A stretch of DNA of 55,079 nt from Chiloscyllium plagiosum (Eukaryota). Location of the stretch: positions 24,179,236 to 24,234,314 of the forward strand of contig NC_057720.1 in the NCBI RefSeq assembly GCF_004010195.1. The letters run 5' to 3'. Shown here in pieces: positions 1 to 13,724 of the stretch. The number at the start of each line of letters is the position of its first letter. Positions within the stretch are counted from its first letter, which is position 1. The translations under genes and the position numbers were made by a program. The notes under the pieces are model-generated. The model did no database searches. It was not told the DNA's origin and saw only the letters and a list, made by a program, of their open reading frames with translations.

Positions 1-83
1 GCACCAACATCAAGGTCCAAGGGCCTGTACTGTCCTAATTCAATACTTGCATGAAATCTGTTACATAACTAACTTCTTTCAAT

Positions 84-180
84 GCTGATGAAAGGCCATT
101 GACATGAGCTGTGAATTATTTTCTCTTTCCACAGATGATGCCTGGCCCACAGAACATTTCCAGCATTTTCTGCCTTTTGG
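84..180 (+). mobile_element. Old decayed Penelope-type terminal repeat fragment
   Basis: ctgatgaaagg...ttccacagatgatgcctggccc...tttccagcatttt resembles copies at 3690-3770/5200-5245, 9675-9760 and 41355-41460. Confidence 0.45.
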
Positions 181-1444
181 CCTCATTTTTGTTGTGACAT
201 GACGAACGTGTACCTAATGGTATAAATCTACCGTCAATCATCACTACCACAAAAGGATGCAATACATTAGATCCAGGACTTGTATTCTAACTACAAGCAG
301 TAAGAGTCATGATCAGATGAACCATGCTCAGCCTCCCAGTTGACTCTATCTGTACGTAGTCCTACTTTTAACTAATTAACCCATTTTATTGTTTCATCAA
401 CTATTGTGTATGATTGGTTTATTTACGTCAAAGACAAGATTGTAATGATCCTTAGCTAAATTAACATGGTAGCTTAAATTTCTCATCCATGCCATTGCTT
501 CAATGAACCAGTGACATATGGACAAAAAAATTGTTTACGGATCAGATCCACTAAAAGCACAATGCAGCAATAAAGGGTATGGCTCCCTGTTTGGGCTGGG
601 ATATTATAAAGAAAATTAAATGTAAGAAATACTTTGAAAATTCCCATGATTTTCCTTGTTTGAGTGCCAGATGCAAAAGACAACTCAGGTAATGATTTTA
701 AAATTCTAAGTCCTAACTTAGCAGTAGGGGTCCTGAATGACTTAAGACAATAAGATAATAAGGTACACTGTTAAAACGTGGGAGCAGTATTCGGCTATAC
801 AATCCATTAAGTCTGTTCTGCCAATCAGTGAGATCATGGCTGACCTAGAATGCTCAACTCCACTTTCCTGCATTTTCTCTATAACTCTTCACGCACCCAG
901 AGCACCACAAGCAATAGAAATCAAGTTGAGGGAACGTCAAGTTTATGGAATCCATGATTTGATAAGATTGGACAACCTTGTCAGACCCACATTTCTTGTT
1001 CAGTGGAAGAAGTACTGAGTGAATTAGCCTGACTAAATAATGGCTCGTGAAGTACTTGACTGGTCATTTCAACTTGATTTCTATTACTTATGGTGCTCTG
1101 GAAGCAGTCAAACACGAAAAAAAACATTGAGAGCAATGCTGACTGGCTGGGTATACCAGTTTTCCATGTGTGAAGTACTCTGCAGCAGATGCCACAACTC
1201 TGTAACAGTTTCTCTGAAGAACTAAATTCCTGAAAAGTGTCCAGTCTAGTTCAGATTAGCCTCAAACGGGTAGAAACCTCAAAAGATAGAAGAGCAGGTG
1301 AAACTTTGCAGCAAACATATGAATATTATTCTCCACCAACAGGGTGCTGCATTCAAGCCAAAAAGATGTTCTGCCGACCACACATATAAATAATCTGATA
1401 TATGAGTTTCACTGCTACTGTGATAATCCAGCAGTTCTACAAGC

Positions 1445-3495
1445 ACTTTAAGAGCAAAAGAGCAAGTAGAGAAAGGGGCCCCTTAAATATGAACAACATT
1501 GTCCATGTATTTAACCTCAGGTGATGGGAGAGATATTAAATGAATATTTCACATCGGTCTTTACTGTGGAAAAGAAATGGAGGCCAGAGAACTCAGGGGG
1601 AATAAATTCTGATGTTTCAAAAACAACTCACATTACAAAAGAGGAAGTGCTGGAGATCTTCAAAAACATAGAGGTAGATAAATCTCAGGGACTTGATGAA
1701 GAGTACTCCGAGACTTTTTGGGAAGTTAGGAAAGGAATTGCGGAACAGAAATATTTGTATCATCATAAACACAGTTGAAGTGTCGGACAACCAAAGAGTG
1801 TCTAATGTTGTGCCTCTATCTAAGAAAAGCTGTAAGGAGAAGCCTGGGAACTATAAGCCTGTGAGACCGATATCGGAGGTGGGTAAATTGTTGGAAGTTT
1901 TTCAGAAAGATAGGGGTTAAATGCATTTGGAGAGGCAAACACTGATTATGGATAGTCAGCATGGTTTTTGTGTGAGGAAACCAATTGAGCTTTTTGAGGA
2001 GGTAACCATAAAGAATCCTGGGGCCAGAACAATAGATGTTGTTTACATAGACTTTAGTAAAGCCTTTGAAAAGATTCTGCATGGTAGTCTAATTCATGAA
2101 GTTAGGTCACATGGGATTCAGGGTGAGCTTGCCAATTGGGTACAAAATTTGCTTGATGGTAAGAGCCGAGGGTGGTGGTGGGTTATTTTTCATACTGGAG
2201 GCCTGTGATTACCAGTGTTCCAAAGGGATCTATACTGCATCCAGTATAGATTGTTTGTCAATTATATAAATGATTTCGGTGAAAATACAGGAGGCATGGT
2301 TAGTAAGTTTGCAGGTGACACCAAATTTGGTGGTATAGTATACAGAACAAGGTTATCCAAGATTACAAAGAGATCTTGATCAATTGGGTCAAGGGCTAAG
2401 GATTGGCAGATGGAGTTCAATTTGGATAAATATGAGTATTGCATTTTGGTAAAACAAACACGGGCAGGACTTACATAACTAATTGTAGGATCCTGTTGTG
2501 TTCTAGAAAAGAAAGATCCAGGGATTGAGGTACATGATTCTCGGAAATGACTGCCAGACTACTCAGATTCCTTGGCATCATGGTAGCTCACAAAAACACC
2601 AACACACTAAAACAGCAGCTAATGAACTTGAAAGACCCTATACAGACAACAAGCAAAACAAAGGAAATTTACAAAATATTGAGCAAGAACTGTAACAAAC
2701 ATTGCATTAGACAAACAGGCAGAAAACTTGCCACCAGTATACATGAACATCAGTAGTCACAAAACAAAATGACCCTCCCTCACTAGTATCCTTACATACA
2801 GATAAGGAAGGACATCACATCGACTGGGACAACACATTCATCCTAGGACAAGCCAAACAGAGACACTCACGAGAATTCATAGAAGCATGGCATCCAACCG
2901 GAACTCTATCAACAAACATATTGACTTGGACCCCATTTATCACCCGATGAGAAAAAGAGCAGGAAATGACATCACCATGGAAAATGACATCACCAACCCA
3001 AAGAAACCCAAACATAAAAATAGAAAGCAGGAAACATCAGCAGTGCTTCATCCGGAGGCTCACTGAAGATGTTACCTAATATGGTGACAAAATGGCTGAA
3101 AATGAACCTTGCAACTCAGCAAGCAAATCTATATCCAGAGGCATAAAAAATCATGAGGGGCAGAGATATGGTGAATAGCAAAGGTATTTTCCTTAGGATG
3201 GGTGAGTTCAAAACTAGGAGACATGTTTTTAAGGTGAGAGGAGAAAGTTTTAGAATGGACATGAAGAGTGACTTTTTTGCACAGAGAGTGGCTCATGTGT
3301 GGACTAAACTGCCAGAAGAAGTGGTGGATGCAAGTAAAATTCATTTAAAATACATTTGGATAAATGGATGAATAGGAAAGGTTTGGGTGGATATGGATAG
3401 ATACAGGCAGTTGGGGCTAGTTTAGTTGGGAACATGGTTGATATGGACTAGTTGAACCAAAGAGTCTGTTTCCATGCTGCATGATTCTATGACTT
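1445..3495 (+). mobile_element. Decayed CR1-type LINE (ORF2 RT to 3' tail), interrupted by a Penelope fragment at ~2545-3135
   Basis: Frameshifted ORF pieces LNEYFTSVFT, PGNYKPV, DSQHGF, DVVYIDFSKAF, KFAGDTK, FFAQRVAHVW; tail atgattctatgact. Confidence 0.9.
2545..3135 (+). mobile_element. Penelope-like element 3' fragment (GIY-YIG remnant plus terminal repeat with a decayed hammerhead at 3060-3099)
   Basis: IRQTGRKLATSIHEHQ and EFIEAWH GIY-YIG-like motifs. CTGAAGA-T-GTTACC/GGTGAC stem, followed by a mutated GAAA-CGTC. Confidence 0.8.
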
Positions 3496-3769
3496 TACAC
3501 ATGCTATATAAAATGTTGTTCCTTTCAGAATTTGATTTTCTTGTGATTTGGTCCTGATGAAAAAATATATGAAATGAGGAAATTTTGACCATATGTCTCT
3601 TTTTAGCTGAGCTTAAGACTGGTTTCATGTAATAGAATGCAGTCAACATGAATGGACAGAAATTATAATAGAATACCCCAGCAACAATGTGGAAGAAGAT
3701 CATTGGATTGGAAACCTTGAATCTATTTTCTCTCCACAGCTGCTTCCAGACCTACTAAATTTCTCCAAC

Positions 3770-5200
3770 AAGGTTCCAGAGGACTGGAGAATTGCTTATG
3801 TTGTCCCCTTCTTTAAGAAGGGTAGCAGGGGTAATCCAGGTAATTACAGGCCTGTGAGCCTGATGTCAATGGTAGGGAAGCTGCTGGAGAAGATACTGAG
3901 GGATAGGAAATGTACCCATTTGGAAGAAAATGGGCTGATTAGTGATAAGCAGCATGGTTTTGTGCAGGGAAGGTCATGTCTTACAAACCTAATTGAATTC
4001 TTTGAAGAAGTGACAAAGTTGATTGATGAGGGAAGGTTTCGTAATAAGGTTTCGTAAGGCATTTGATAAGGTTCCCCATGGTAGGCTGACAAAGAAGGTG
4101 AAGTCGCATGGGGTTCAGGGTGTTTGAGCTAGAAGGATAGAGAACTGGTTGGGCTACAGGAGACAGAGAATAGTAGTGGAAGGGAATTTCTCAAAATGGA
4201 GACCTGTGACCAGTGGTGTTCCATGGGGATCCATGCTGGGACCACTGTTGTTTGTGATATACATATATGATTTGGAGGAAGATATAGGTTGCCCCAATAG
4301 CAAGTTTACAGATGACATTACGATTGGTGAAGTGAAGGGAACCGTCAGAGAATTCAGCAGAATATAGATAGATTGGAGAGTTGGGCAGATGGAGTCAATC
4401 CTGACAAATGTGAGGTGATGCATTTTGGAAGATCCAATTCAAGAGTGAACTATACAGTAAATGGAAAGGTCCTGGGGAAATTTGATGTACAGTGAGATCT
4501 GGGTGTTCCGGTCCAATGTTTCCTGAAGGTGGCAAAGCAGGTCAGTAGAGTAGTCAAGAAGACACACGACATGCTTCCTTCATCAAACGGGGTATTGGGT
4601 ACAAGAGTTGGCAGGTCATGTTACAGTTGTATAAGATTGTGGTTCAGCCACATTTGCAATACTGCGTAAAGTTCTGGTCGCCACATTACCAAAAGGATTT
4701 GGATGATTTGGAGTGGATGCAGAAGAGGTTCACCAGGATGTTGCCTGGTAGGGAGGGTGCTATCTATGAGAAGAGGTTGAGTAGATCAGGATTATTTTCA
4801 TTGGAAAGATGAAGGTTGAGGGGGACCAGATTGAGGCTTACAAAATCATGAGATGTGTAGACAGGGTGAATAGCAAGAAACTTCTTCGCAAAGTGGAGGA
4901 CTCAATTACTAGGGGTCATGAGTTCAAAGTGAGAGGGGAAAAGTTTAGGGGAGATATACGTGGAAAGTTCTTCACGCAGAGGGTGGTGGGTGCCTGGAAT
5001 GTGTTGACAGCGGAGGTGGTAGGGGTTGAAATGATAGCATCATTTAAGATGTATCTAGACAGATACATGAATGGGCAGGGAGCATAGGGATACAGATCCT
5101 TATAAATACGCAACAGTTTTAGATAGGGGATCTGGATTGGTGCAGACTTGGAGGCCTGAAGGGTCTGTTCCTGTACTATAATTTTCTTTGCTCTTTGTTC
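3770..5200 (+). mobile_element. 5'-truncated CR1/HER1-type LINE
   Basis: [92 protein letters not shown]. It splits an older Penelope-type terminal repeat. Confidence 0.95.
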
Positions 5201-6729
5201 TCTTTGTTTCAGATCTTCAGCACCTGCAGTTCTTTGTTTTATTTCAGCAATGAGGTAGTATTGGTTTCTTCTGTGTATATGACATTACTATCACCATAGA
5301 GATAGTCTTATCTATCATGGATGGGGCATTGAATTGGATTAATGAGGTATGCCCTACTGTTCTCAAAAATATCACATCTGCAGTCAACATAATGACACCT
5401 TTCCAGTAAGGAACAGGAATACATTGTTTGGGCATCTCTCAAGGAGGGCTTAAAATTATTTGACAATTCATCAAAAGGATTATGACATTACATTCTTGAA
5501 GGAATTGCAATTACAATTTTGATACAATATCACAGACTACGTTTATCTGGTTTGAATGGCTTTATTTCTCTATTTAATTAGCAGAAATTATGTACACTTT
5601 TCGCCATTTATATCTCATTTTATGCTACAGAATTTTAAAAATATCGAGAATAAGGCTGGCAGTGACATAGGTTGGCAGTCATCGCAAATAGTGTTACAAA
5701 CTGCAAATTGAAGATTAAATAATTACTCCTGAATCCTGAGATTACAATTTTTGAATCAATCACGAACATTGATTAAACATTGCACATTCAAAACATACTC
5801 AAATTAAGATTCTTTAATAAAGTCGTCTGTCCGGTTTTGGGCTGTTTGCAAAATAGCTTTCGTGTCAGTGCGGAAGCCACCTCAGAGTACTGCTAAGTAT
5901 TCTCACGCAGCATTTCTCAGAAAACAAACTAGAAATAAGCAGCGAATTGTTTGATGGAGTTCTATGTTTACAATTATATGATTACAACTATTTATAAACT
6001 TTTACAGGAGTATTTTCACGGTCACTCTTACTCTTCCTTTGTGAGACTAAATGAGGACTATGGTTTACTAATACAGGAGCCTGCTGCATGTTTCATCAAT
6101 CATTCAGTGCCTGCCAACGAGTAACTTTTATGAAAAATAAGAAATCTATATTCTGTTTTACATCGTTCTAAGCATTATTGCACGCCAAATTCTGACAGAA
6201 CAATTGCCTTTTCTTGAAAATGATCACATGATTACTTTAATTTGTTTTATTTTTGCATGTGAAAATGTTCATTACCTCAAAATTATCTCCATTAGCTCTG
6301 CCGACGTGGTCTATTTTCACCCACTTCACAACCGAATGGATCAAGGATCACACAGAGGAGTCGATCAGACTTGTTAACTGTAATGTGTGTACATATTGCT
6401 GCTTAAAACATAAAGAGTTTGTTCTACTCACGTTTCCCTGTGGACTTGGAACTGCCGTACCGTCACCTTGGAGAAACCTCGCATCAGGTTTCAATATTGA
6501 GGCGAGGCTCTGGCACCAGAACAGATCCATTCGACCTCGGCAAGTATAATTTATCTTCCTGAGTCAGCCTCGCAAAACAAGAAACTACAGAGGAGAAAGA
6601 CCACTGGGTCCCCACATATTCACCCAGACTTCTATTTTCCCATTATTGTATCAAAACGTGTATCAAAAAGAGCTTCTAAGTAACAGTCCTAAAGTTACTA
6701 ATTGCCAGTTATCCAATCCCCTTTGGAAA

Positions 6730-7335
6730 GAAAATCTTGGCAGATGGAATATGGTGTGGGAAAATGTGAAGTTATGCACTTGACAAGAGAAATAGAGTTG
6801 AATATTATTTGAATGGTGAAAGACAAAGGATTTGGAAGTCTGGTGCATAAATCACAAAAAACTTGCACCCAAGTTTAAAAGGAAATAGGGAGGGTAAATG
6901 GGATGCTGTTTTATGAGGAAATGTTATGTCTGTACTCAATTGCTTTTAAGAAGGATGAGAGGTGCCCTTATTGAAACATCAAAGATTCTTATGGGATTTG
7001 ATAGGTTATATGAAGAAAGGCTGTTTCCCCTTTTGCGAGTCTAGAACCAAAGGGCACAATCTCAGAGTGAGGGTTTAATCAGTTATGACAGAGATAAGGA
7101 GGAATATTTTCTGAGGCTAGTTAATCTGTAGAATTATTTGTCACAGAGTGCTGTAGAAGCAGTTTGTTAAGTATATTCAAGGCAGAGATAGACAGATTTT
7201 AAATCAGTAAGTAAATCAAGGGCAAAGGCAGGAAAGTAGAAATGAGAGTTATCAGAGCAGCCATAATCTCATTGAATGGCAGGGCTGACTCAATGGGTTG
7301 AATGGCCAACATCTGCTTCCACACCTTAAGGTCTT
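6730..7335 (+). mobile_element. Decayed CR1-type LINE 3' fragment
   Basis: tggcagatggaatat...gaaaatgtgaagttatgcactt; 3' UTR gccataatctcattgaatggcag...gaatggcc. Confidence 0.75.
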
Positions 7336-7477
7336 ATTTAAAGAGTAAATCAAAGCCATGAGAACACACTTCTGACATAAAAGGCTTTGTAGAATGTGTC
7401 CAGGATATTTTGTTGGAACAGTATGTTCTAGGACTAGACAGCAGACCACACTAGATCTAATATTGTACAATGAGATA

Positions 7478-7659
7478 GAGTCATTGAGATGTACAGCATG
7501 AAAACAGACCCTTCGGTCCAACCCGTCCATGCCGACCAGATATCCTAACCCAATTGAGTCCCACCTGCCAGCACCCGGCCCATATCCCTCCAAACCCTTC
7601 CTATTTATATACCCATCCAAATGCCTCTTAAATGATGCAATTGCACCAGCCTCCACCAG
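7478..7659 (-). mobile_element. CR1/HER1 3'-end fragment
   Basis: LVEAGAIASFKRHLDGYINRKGLEGYG plus a 3' tail like that of the HE1 SINEs. Confidence 0.85.
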
Positions 7660-8533
7660 ATAGGATTCATTAATAATCCCACACTGAATGTGCAAAATAT
7701 GTAACAACAGTAATATGATTGAATTTTATATTTAGATTGAGGGAGGAACTTGGGCCTAAGCATTTGAATGGATATTTCAGAATAGGTCATTTTCAACAAG
7801 AAAGAAAAGTTCCAAGGGAACCTACCATTTATGATTAACTAAAAAAAAGTTAAAGATGTTATAATTGTTTTAATAAAGCATATAATTGTGTAGAAATGAG
7901 TGGCTAGTCAGAAAATTGGATAGTATATAAAAGCCAGTGAAAAAAGTGGGAAAGGGTACAATATGAGAGACAGCTAGCCAGAAAGATAAAAAGAAAGTTT
8001 CTTTCGATAGTTCAAAAAAGGATAATGAATTGATCCTATAGGAAATGAATCTGGGAAATTAATAATGGAAAGGATTTAATATCCCAGAAATAATTGCAAA
8101 TCAAGGAATGGTTAAATTACAAGAAAATTACAATCACCTGGGAAGTGGTACCAAAAGGTTATTGGAACTGCGGGCGTCTCAGGACGAAGGTCCTTCGGGA
8201 TTTCATCCAAGGAGCTGAAACTGAGTTAGTTAGTTTATTACTTTGATTTTCCACAATTCCCTTAATTCAGGGAAGATTGTTACATTGGAAAATAGTGAAT
8301 GGAATTCCTTCATTCAAAATAAGAGACAAAAGGTAACATTTGTCATAGGGAGGATGTTAGCAGCTACTGATGCTATAGTAGGTCATTTAGAGAAGTTTCA
8401 TCAAATCACACAGAGTCAACATGGTTTTTTGAAAGGAAAATCATGTTTAACCAACTCATTGGAGTTCTTTACAAAGTAACATGTACCGAGGATGAGGCTG
8501 GTGAATATACTATACTTAGATTTCCAGAAGGCA

Positions 8534-8862
8534 TGTGGTGGCTCAGTGGTTAGCACTACTGCCTCGCAGCACCAGGGACCCAGGTTTGTTTCCAGCCTTG
8601 GGTGATTGTCTATATCGAGCTTGCACATTTTTCCTGCGTCTGTGGGGGTTTCCTTCACATGGTCTGGTTTCCTCCCACAATCTAAAGATTAGGTGAATTG
8701 GCTATGCTAAATTGCCCAAAATGGTCAGAGATGTGTAGGTTAGGTGCATTAGTCAGGGGTAAATATAGGGTAGGGGAGTGGGTTTGGGTGGGATACTCTT
8801 CAGAGGGCCGGTTTGAACTTATTGGACCAAATGGCCTGTTTCCACACTGTAGGGATTCTATT
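8534..8862 (+). mobile_element. HE1-type tRNA-derived SINE
   Basis: A-box TGGCTCAGTGG, B-box-like GGTTTGTTTCC, core ggtttcctcccacaatctaaaga, LINE-like tail ggcctgtttccacactgtagggattct. Confidence 0.9.
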
Positions 8863-9099
8863 ATGATAAGGTGTCATTTCAAAGGTTCTTTTAATATTAG
8901 TATGGATAGCAGCTTGGTTATCTGAAATGACACACAGAGTAGACGCAAATGGATAATTTTGCATGAATGATAGAGTAGGCCCAAGGAATGACTGGCCTAG
9001 TCTAGATTCAATATCATATGTTCATAGAACTTAGAGTGAAGGGATGATTTGACTGAAATTTTAACTTATCAATAGAGAACCTATGGGCTATCAAACAGC

Positions 9100-9555
9100 A
9101 TTAACCAGTGGCAACGTGCTTGGCTTGGGTTGTGTAAAGGTCACTCAGCTCCAGATGCCATTACAGCCATGGCCTAAAAATGGACTAAATATATTCTCAA
9201 GGCACAGTGAGGGTGACTGCCCTTGACATCAAGGCAGCACTTGACTAATGTGCCATCAAATAACCCAAGCAAATTTGAAATAAATTGGCATTGGGGGCTA
9301 TCTCTCCACTGACTGGAGTAATGCATGGCATAAAGAATGATGTTGCTGGTTGTTTGAAGTCAATCATCACAATTGAAGGATCATGCTGCAGGTGTTCAGC
9401 AGGATTGTGTTTAATCCCAATTATGTTCAGTTGATTCATAAATCGTGTTTCCTCCATCATAAGGACATAAGTTGGAATGTTCATTGACGATTGCAAAGTA
9501 CTCAATACCATTCACAACCCTTCAGATATTGAAGCAGTCAGTGGCCGCATGTAGA
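9100..9555 (+). mobile_element. Decayed LINE RT fragment (CR1/L2 group)
   Basis: gcccttgacatcaaggcagcacttgac (ALDIKAA[F]D-like) and a downstream F[A]DD-like remnant. Confidence 0.55.
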
Positions 9556-9983
9556 ATCAGAGAGTGGCTATAACACAAAGGGAGGCCATTCACCCATTGT
9601 GCGTGTTGGTTCCCTATAAGATATATTCCTCATGCCTCATAGCAGTGCAGAGTTTCTTCTTCAATGACTTAGAAATGCTGCCAGACCAGCTGAGTTTCTC
9701 TAATTTTATCTGTTTTTATTTCAGATTTTCAGTGCCTGCAATATTTTGTGTTTATTTTCTCATGATGCTGCCAATTATGCAACATGTCCTTCAGTTTTTG
9801 ATCTTGCATGAACGGGAACAGTTTCTTTCTTCTCAGTCTAGACTGCTCAAAATTTTGAATACCTATAAAATCTTATTTCATCTTTCCCTTCTCCAAGAAT
9901 AACAGGCCCAACATCTTATATTTATCTATGCAACTGAAGATCCTCATCCATCTTGACAACCACCAGGATTAGAACAGATAAGT

Positions 9984-10231
9984 GTCTAGATTAGAGTGGT
10001 GCTGGAAAAGCACAGCAAGTCAGGCAGCATCTGAGGAGTAGGAAAATCAACATTTCGGGTAAAAGCCCTTCATCAGGATTGATGAGTCCTGATGAAGTCC
10101 TGATGAAGGACTTTTGCCCGAAACGTCGATTTTCCTACTCCTAGGATGCAGCCTGACCTGCAGTGCTTTTCCAGCACCACTCTAATCTAGACTCTGATTT
10201 CCAGCATCTGCAGTCCTCACTTTTGCCTTTG
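9984..10231. mobile_element. Fold-back Penelope terminal-repeat mini-insertion (family A) with decayed hammerheads; TSD ACAGATAAGT
   Basis: Inverted arms ~9984-10078 and ~10098-10192, plus a ~35-nt tail; direct repeat at 9974-9983 and 10232-10241. Confidence 0.9.
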
Positions 10232-13200
10232 ACAGATAAGTAACATTCATATTGTGCAACTACCTGAAAATTATAGTTTTAACATTAAAGAATCTAACCA
10301 TTTCCTGTTTACATGGACTGGCATTATTGTTACGATCACCATGTCTGTCCATTACATGCTCTTGAACTGTAGATTGTTAATAACTCAAGTAACCCTGTTT
10401 AATTTATAATGGTCCAAGTTAAAACAGCCAGCAATCAAGCTTTTGTTTGGACAGGTTAAATGCTAATTTATTCCAAGTTATTTCTGAAGGCTTCTTAAGG
10501 ATAAAAAGAAAAGAAATTACAAGTAGCAAGATTATAACAATTACAGCTAAGGTAAAACAATATTTGTAAGAAAGTACCAAGAACTGTCTGTGGTTAATGA
10601 TTGGGATCTGCTGCTTGAGGTCCTTAATGCTGAAGCTAAGAGGTTAACACTTGAAGTCATAACAAGCAGATACAATTGATTCTGTAGTTGCTTAATGGAT
10701 GATTTCTTCTACAGGCACATTAGCCAGACAGCAGGTTTTGAGAGAAGAGAAGGTTTCTTCTTCTCCACTAGACTTGCGTCTTTGCATTTTATATACTGCC
10801 ACATTTTCCTTCAACATAACAGTATCTATTTTCTGTATACATTTTCTGCTTATCTCCCCAGTCATAACTCCCCACTTTGAAGTGGTTCTTTTTTCCTTGA
10901 AGTTCTGCACACTTACTGTTCTTAGCCAGGTTTCCTTACGTAGTTCAAAAGTTTAAAAGGTGGTATACTAATTTTGAAGAATCAAAGGTACTACAAAGAC
11001 GTCAACTGTGCTGAGATCCTTAAACGTTCTTTTTCCTGTCTACAGTTTCTCTATAAAACTAGAATTTTCACATATCCATTCTGCAAAGTCTTGGTATTTC
11101 AAGAATCGAGGCATATCTCTCTGATATCTGTGTAGAGCTTGTAGCAGATGATTTGCAGCTGTCATTTTGTGAGTGTCTTATGTTTGGTTGGAGTCAGATT
11201 AGTTTTTTTAACAAAAATATGCAATAAGATGGCTCTTTGTTCATGATGTATTCATCACTCACCTCTTGTACCATCGCTATTCTGTCTCTTACATTTGATT
11301 GAAACCTAACATGGTTCATCAGATTAACAGTGCTATGTCAGAAGGTCAAAAATTGAGAATTCTGCAGCCAAGTAATTCATCCACAGACTCCCAAGTATGT
11401 CTACCATCTAGAAGGCAGAGGTCTGAAGTCCACTTGCCTGGATGTTTAGCATTCCAACAATATTCTATCCTTGAACTCTCACTCTCTACCACAAAGACAC
11501 AGTGTCAATAGTAGACTGGTCAAGGAGAGAATGCTATATGACTTGAAGAGGAACTTGCAGATAGTGTTTTGCCAACTGTTTTCCTCAAGATTTTAGATAT
11601 TATATTTTCGAAAAGTGATTTTGAGGGATGTTTGATGAGTGTATCTTTGGACCAGTATTGCAGTTCCTTCACCATTGCTAGAACAAAACCTGGATTTTCT
11701 ATCCAATTGGCACTGTGATCTAGTGCCATCACATAAACTGCAACAATTTAGGGAGGTGGCTCATCACCATCTTCTGAATGGTAAATTGGGGATATGCAAC
11801 ATATGTTAGCCTTGCCAGTAGCACGACCATCCCATGAATGAATTAGAAAGAAAGGATAGTGAAAATTGAGAGAAACTACTTTTGCTGGTTGGGGTGTCTA
11901 GGACTTTGGGATATTGTCTTCTACACAAAAAAGGATAGTAGAAGTTTCGAACTCGCTCTTTTTAAGCAAAATTTGGTGCTAGATCAATTGTTAATTTTAT
12001 TTTTGAGATTGATAGATCTTTATTTCCCAAAGACATTAAGGGATATCAGGCAAAGGCAGGTTGGTGCATTTTAGCTGTGATCCCATTGAATGGTGAAACG
12101 TGTACAAGGGGCTAAATTTGCTATTACTTTTCCTAATTTAATTGTGGAAAATCATTGGTATGATCATTAAAAAAATGGAACATGAGTAGGTCACTATGGT
12201 CCTTGAACCTGCCATGCCATTAAGTAAGATCTGCCATGCAATGTTGGAAAATATTAATCTAACAAGTGGAGGAAAAATAGATGCTATGACTCTTAAATGT
12301 CATAACTAATGTGTCACAGAACCATAGAGAGCAGTGTGCACCATGTGCCATTAAGGTTCCAATCCTACCTTGATAGATAGATGCCAGTGTAAAGAATTGA
12401 GTGGCCATTACTCCCTTTCTCCAAACTATTTTCCTGTTGAAACATTGCCTTTCATGTCAAAATTCTTACACAACCTTCAAAATTCCTACTGACAGGCTGA
12501 ATGATAAGAATGAGAAAAATGAGAGGTTTGCAATAACCTAGACAGTCAAAATATTTACAAGGATTCTTTCCACTTTATGTGGGAGAAATTCATTCATAAT
12601 TCCTGAGGGTATCATGTGAAGTGTAAGCACTACCAAACTCATTATGAACATGTCATGGATTTCCCGTGAAGCAATTCAAAGGCTGTCAATGTCAATGCAA
12701 ATCATAATATGCACTGACACAAAATGTATAGTGCAAATAGTAATTAGAATGGAACAGGCTCATGTGGAGCACAAAGGCAGGTATGGATCAGTTGGGTTGA
12801 ATTTTGTGCATGTAGACTGTTCAAGGTATGATTAAATATACAAATTATAGGGCACAGAAGAAACTGGTGAGAATCTTTACAGGGTGTGGAATGTGCATTG
12901 AAGCAGGTAAAGCTAGTGACTGAAATGGCAGATTCGGAGCATGCGATTCAGATTTAAATGATTGTGTGCAGGATAAGACTAATAAAGTAGTTGGGCTGAA
13001 CAATCTGTTTGCAAGTTCCAACCTTGATGTCATGCTACACAGTGTCATTTGCTGCAGAGTAAAATCATGTCAATTTGACCTTCACCACCGAATAGTTATC
13101 CTTGCCTGATGATATACTGTGACATCACAGTAGATATGACTTCAGAGATGTCAAAATGCAGGCAATGGAAATGGATGAGTACATGGGACAGAGCAACGCC

Positions 13201-13724
13201 ATTGAGTGGGGAATGTGTAAAGTACTGCTGCGGTAAGATACAAGGCCCCCTTACTTCACCCTCCAGAGAGACACAGAAAGCGAGAGGTGAAGGGGATACA
13301 GCTTTCATCTTACCCCTCAGAAAGATGGTGTCCACCGGCCTTCACTAGCTCTATGTGGGGCAGTCATTTTCTTCACAGGCTGAGCCCGAGCAGCAAAACA
13401 GCCAACTGAGCAACAAGGCACTGTGCATTGCTAAAGGAGCACGACCAACTGCCTCCTGACTGTTGTGAAGAGGACATCGCGGTGAAAGGTTAACGTCAAG
13501 TAAAGACAGACAGTTGGAGGGGAAGAGCTGCAGTGAAGAGTCTGGTGATCTGCGCTGGGTATGGGGGAAAGGACGAAAGGAGCTGTTGGGTGGGGGTTGG
13601 AACGTGGCATGTGAAGCGGGGTTCAGTTAGGGCTTGGGGCTTCAGTGCTTGTGGGTGGGGTTTGGTTAGGGTGTGTGGTTTTAATGTAGAGGCCATGGTG
13701 CTGGAAAAGCACAGCAGGTCAAAA

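Larger units (their letters stand above)
7350..8960 (+). mobile_element. Old CR1-type LINE ORF2 remnant carrying two younger insertions (7478-7659, 8534-8862)
   Basis: QSQHGFLKGKSCLTNSLEFF and YLDFQKA; the AFDKV motif is split by the SINE. Confidence 0.75.

Noticed and set aside
483..1225. Short ORFs as exons of an upstream gene
   Set aside because: No recognisable homology or consistent splice signals.
13096..13500. Possible extra upstream exon (acceptor ttttcttcacag at ~13378) and 79-aa ORFs
   Set aside because: No convincing donor and no recognisable protein similarity; cannot be supported without RNA data.
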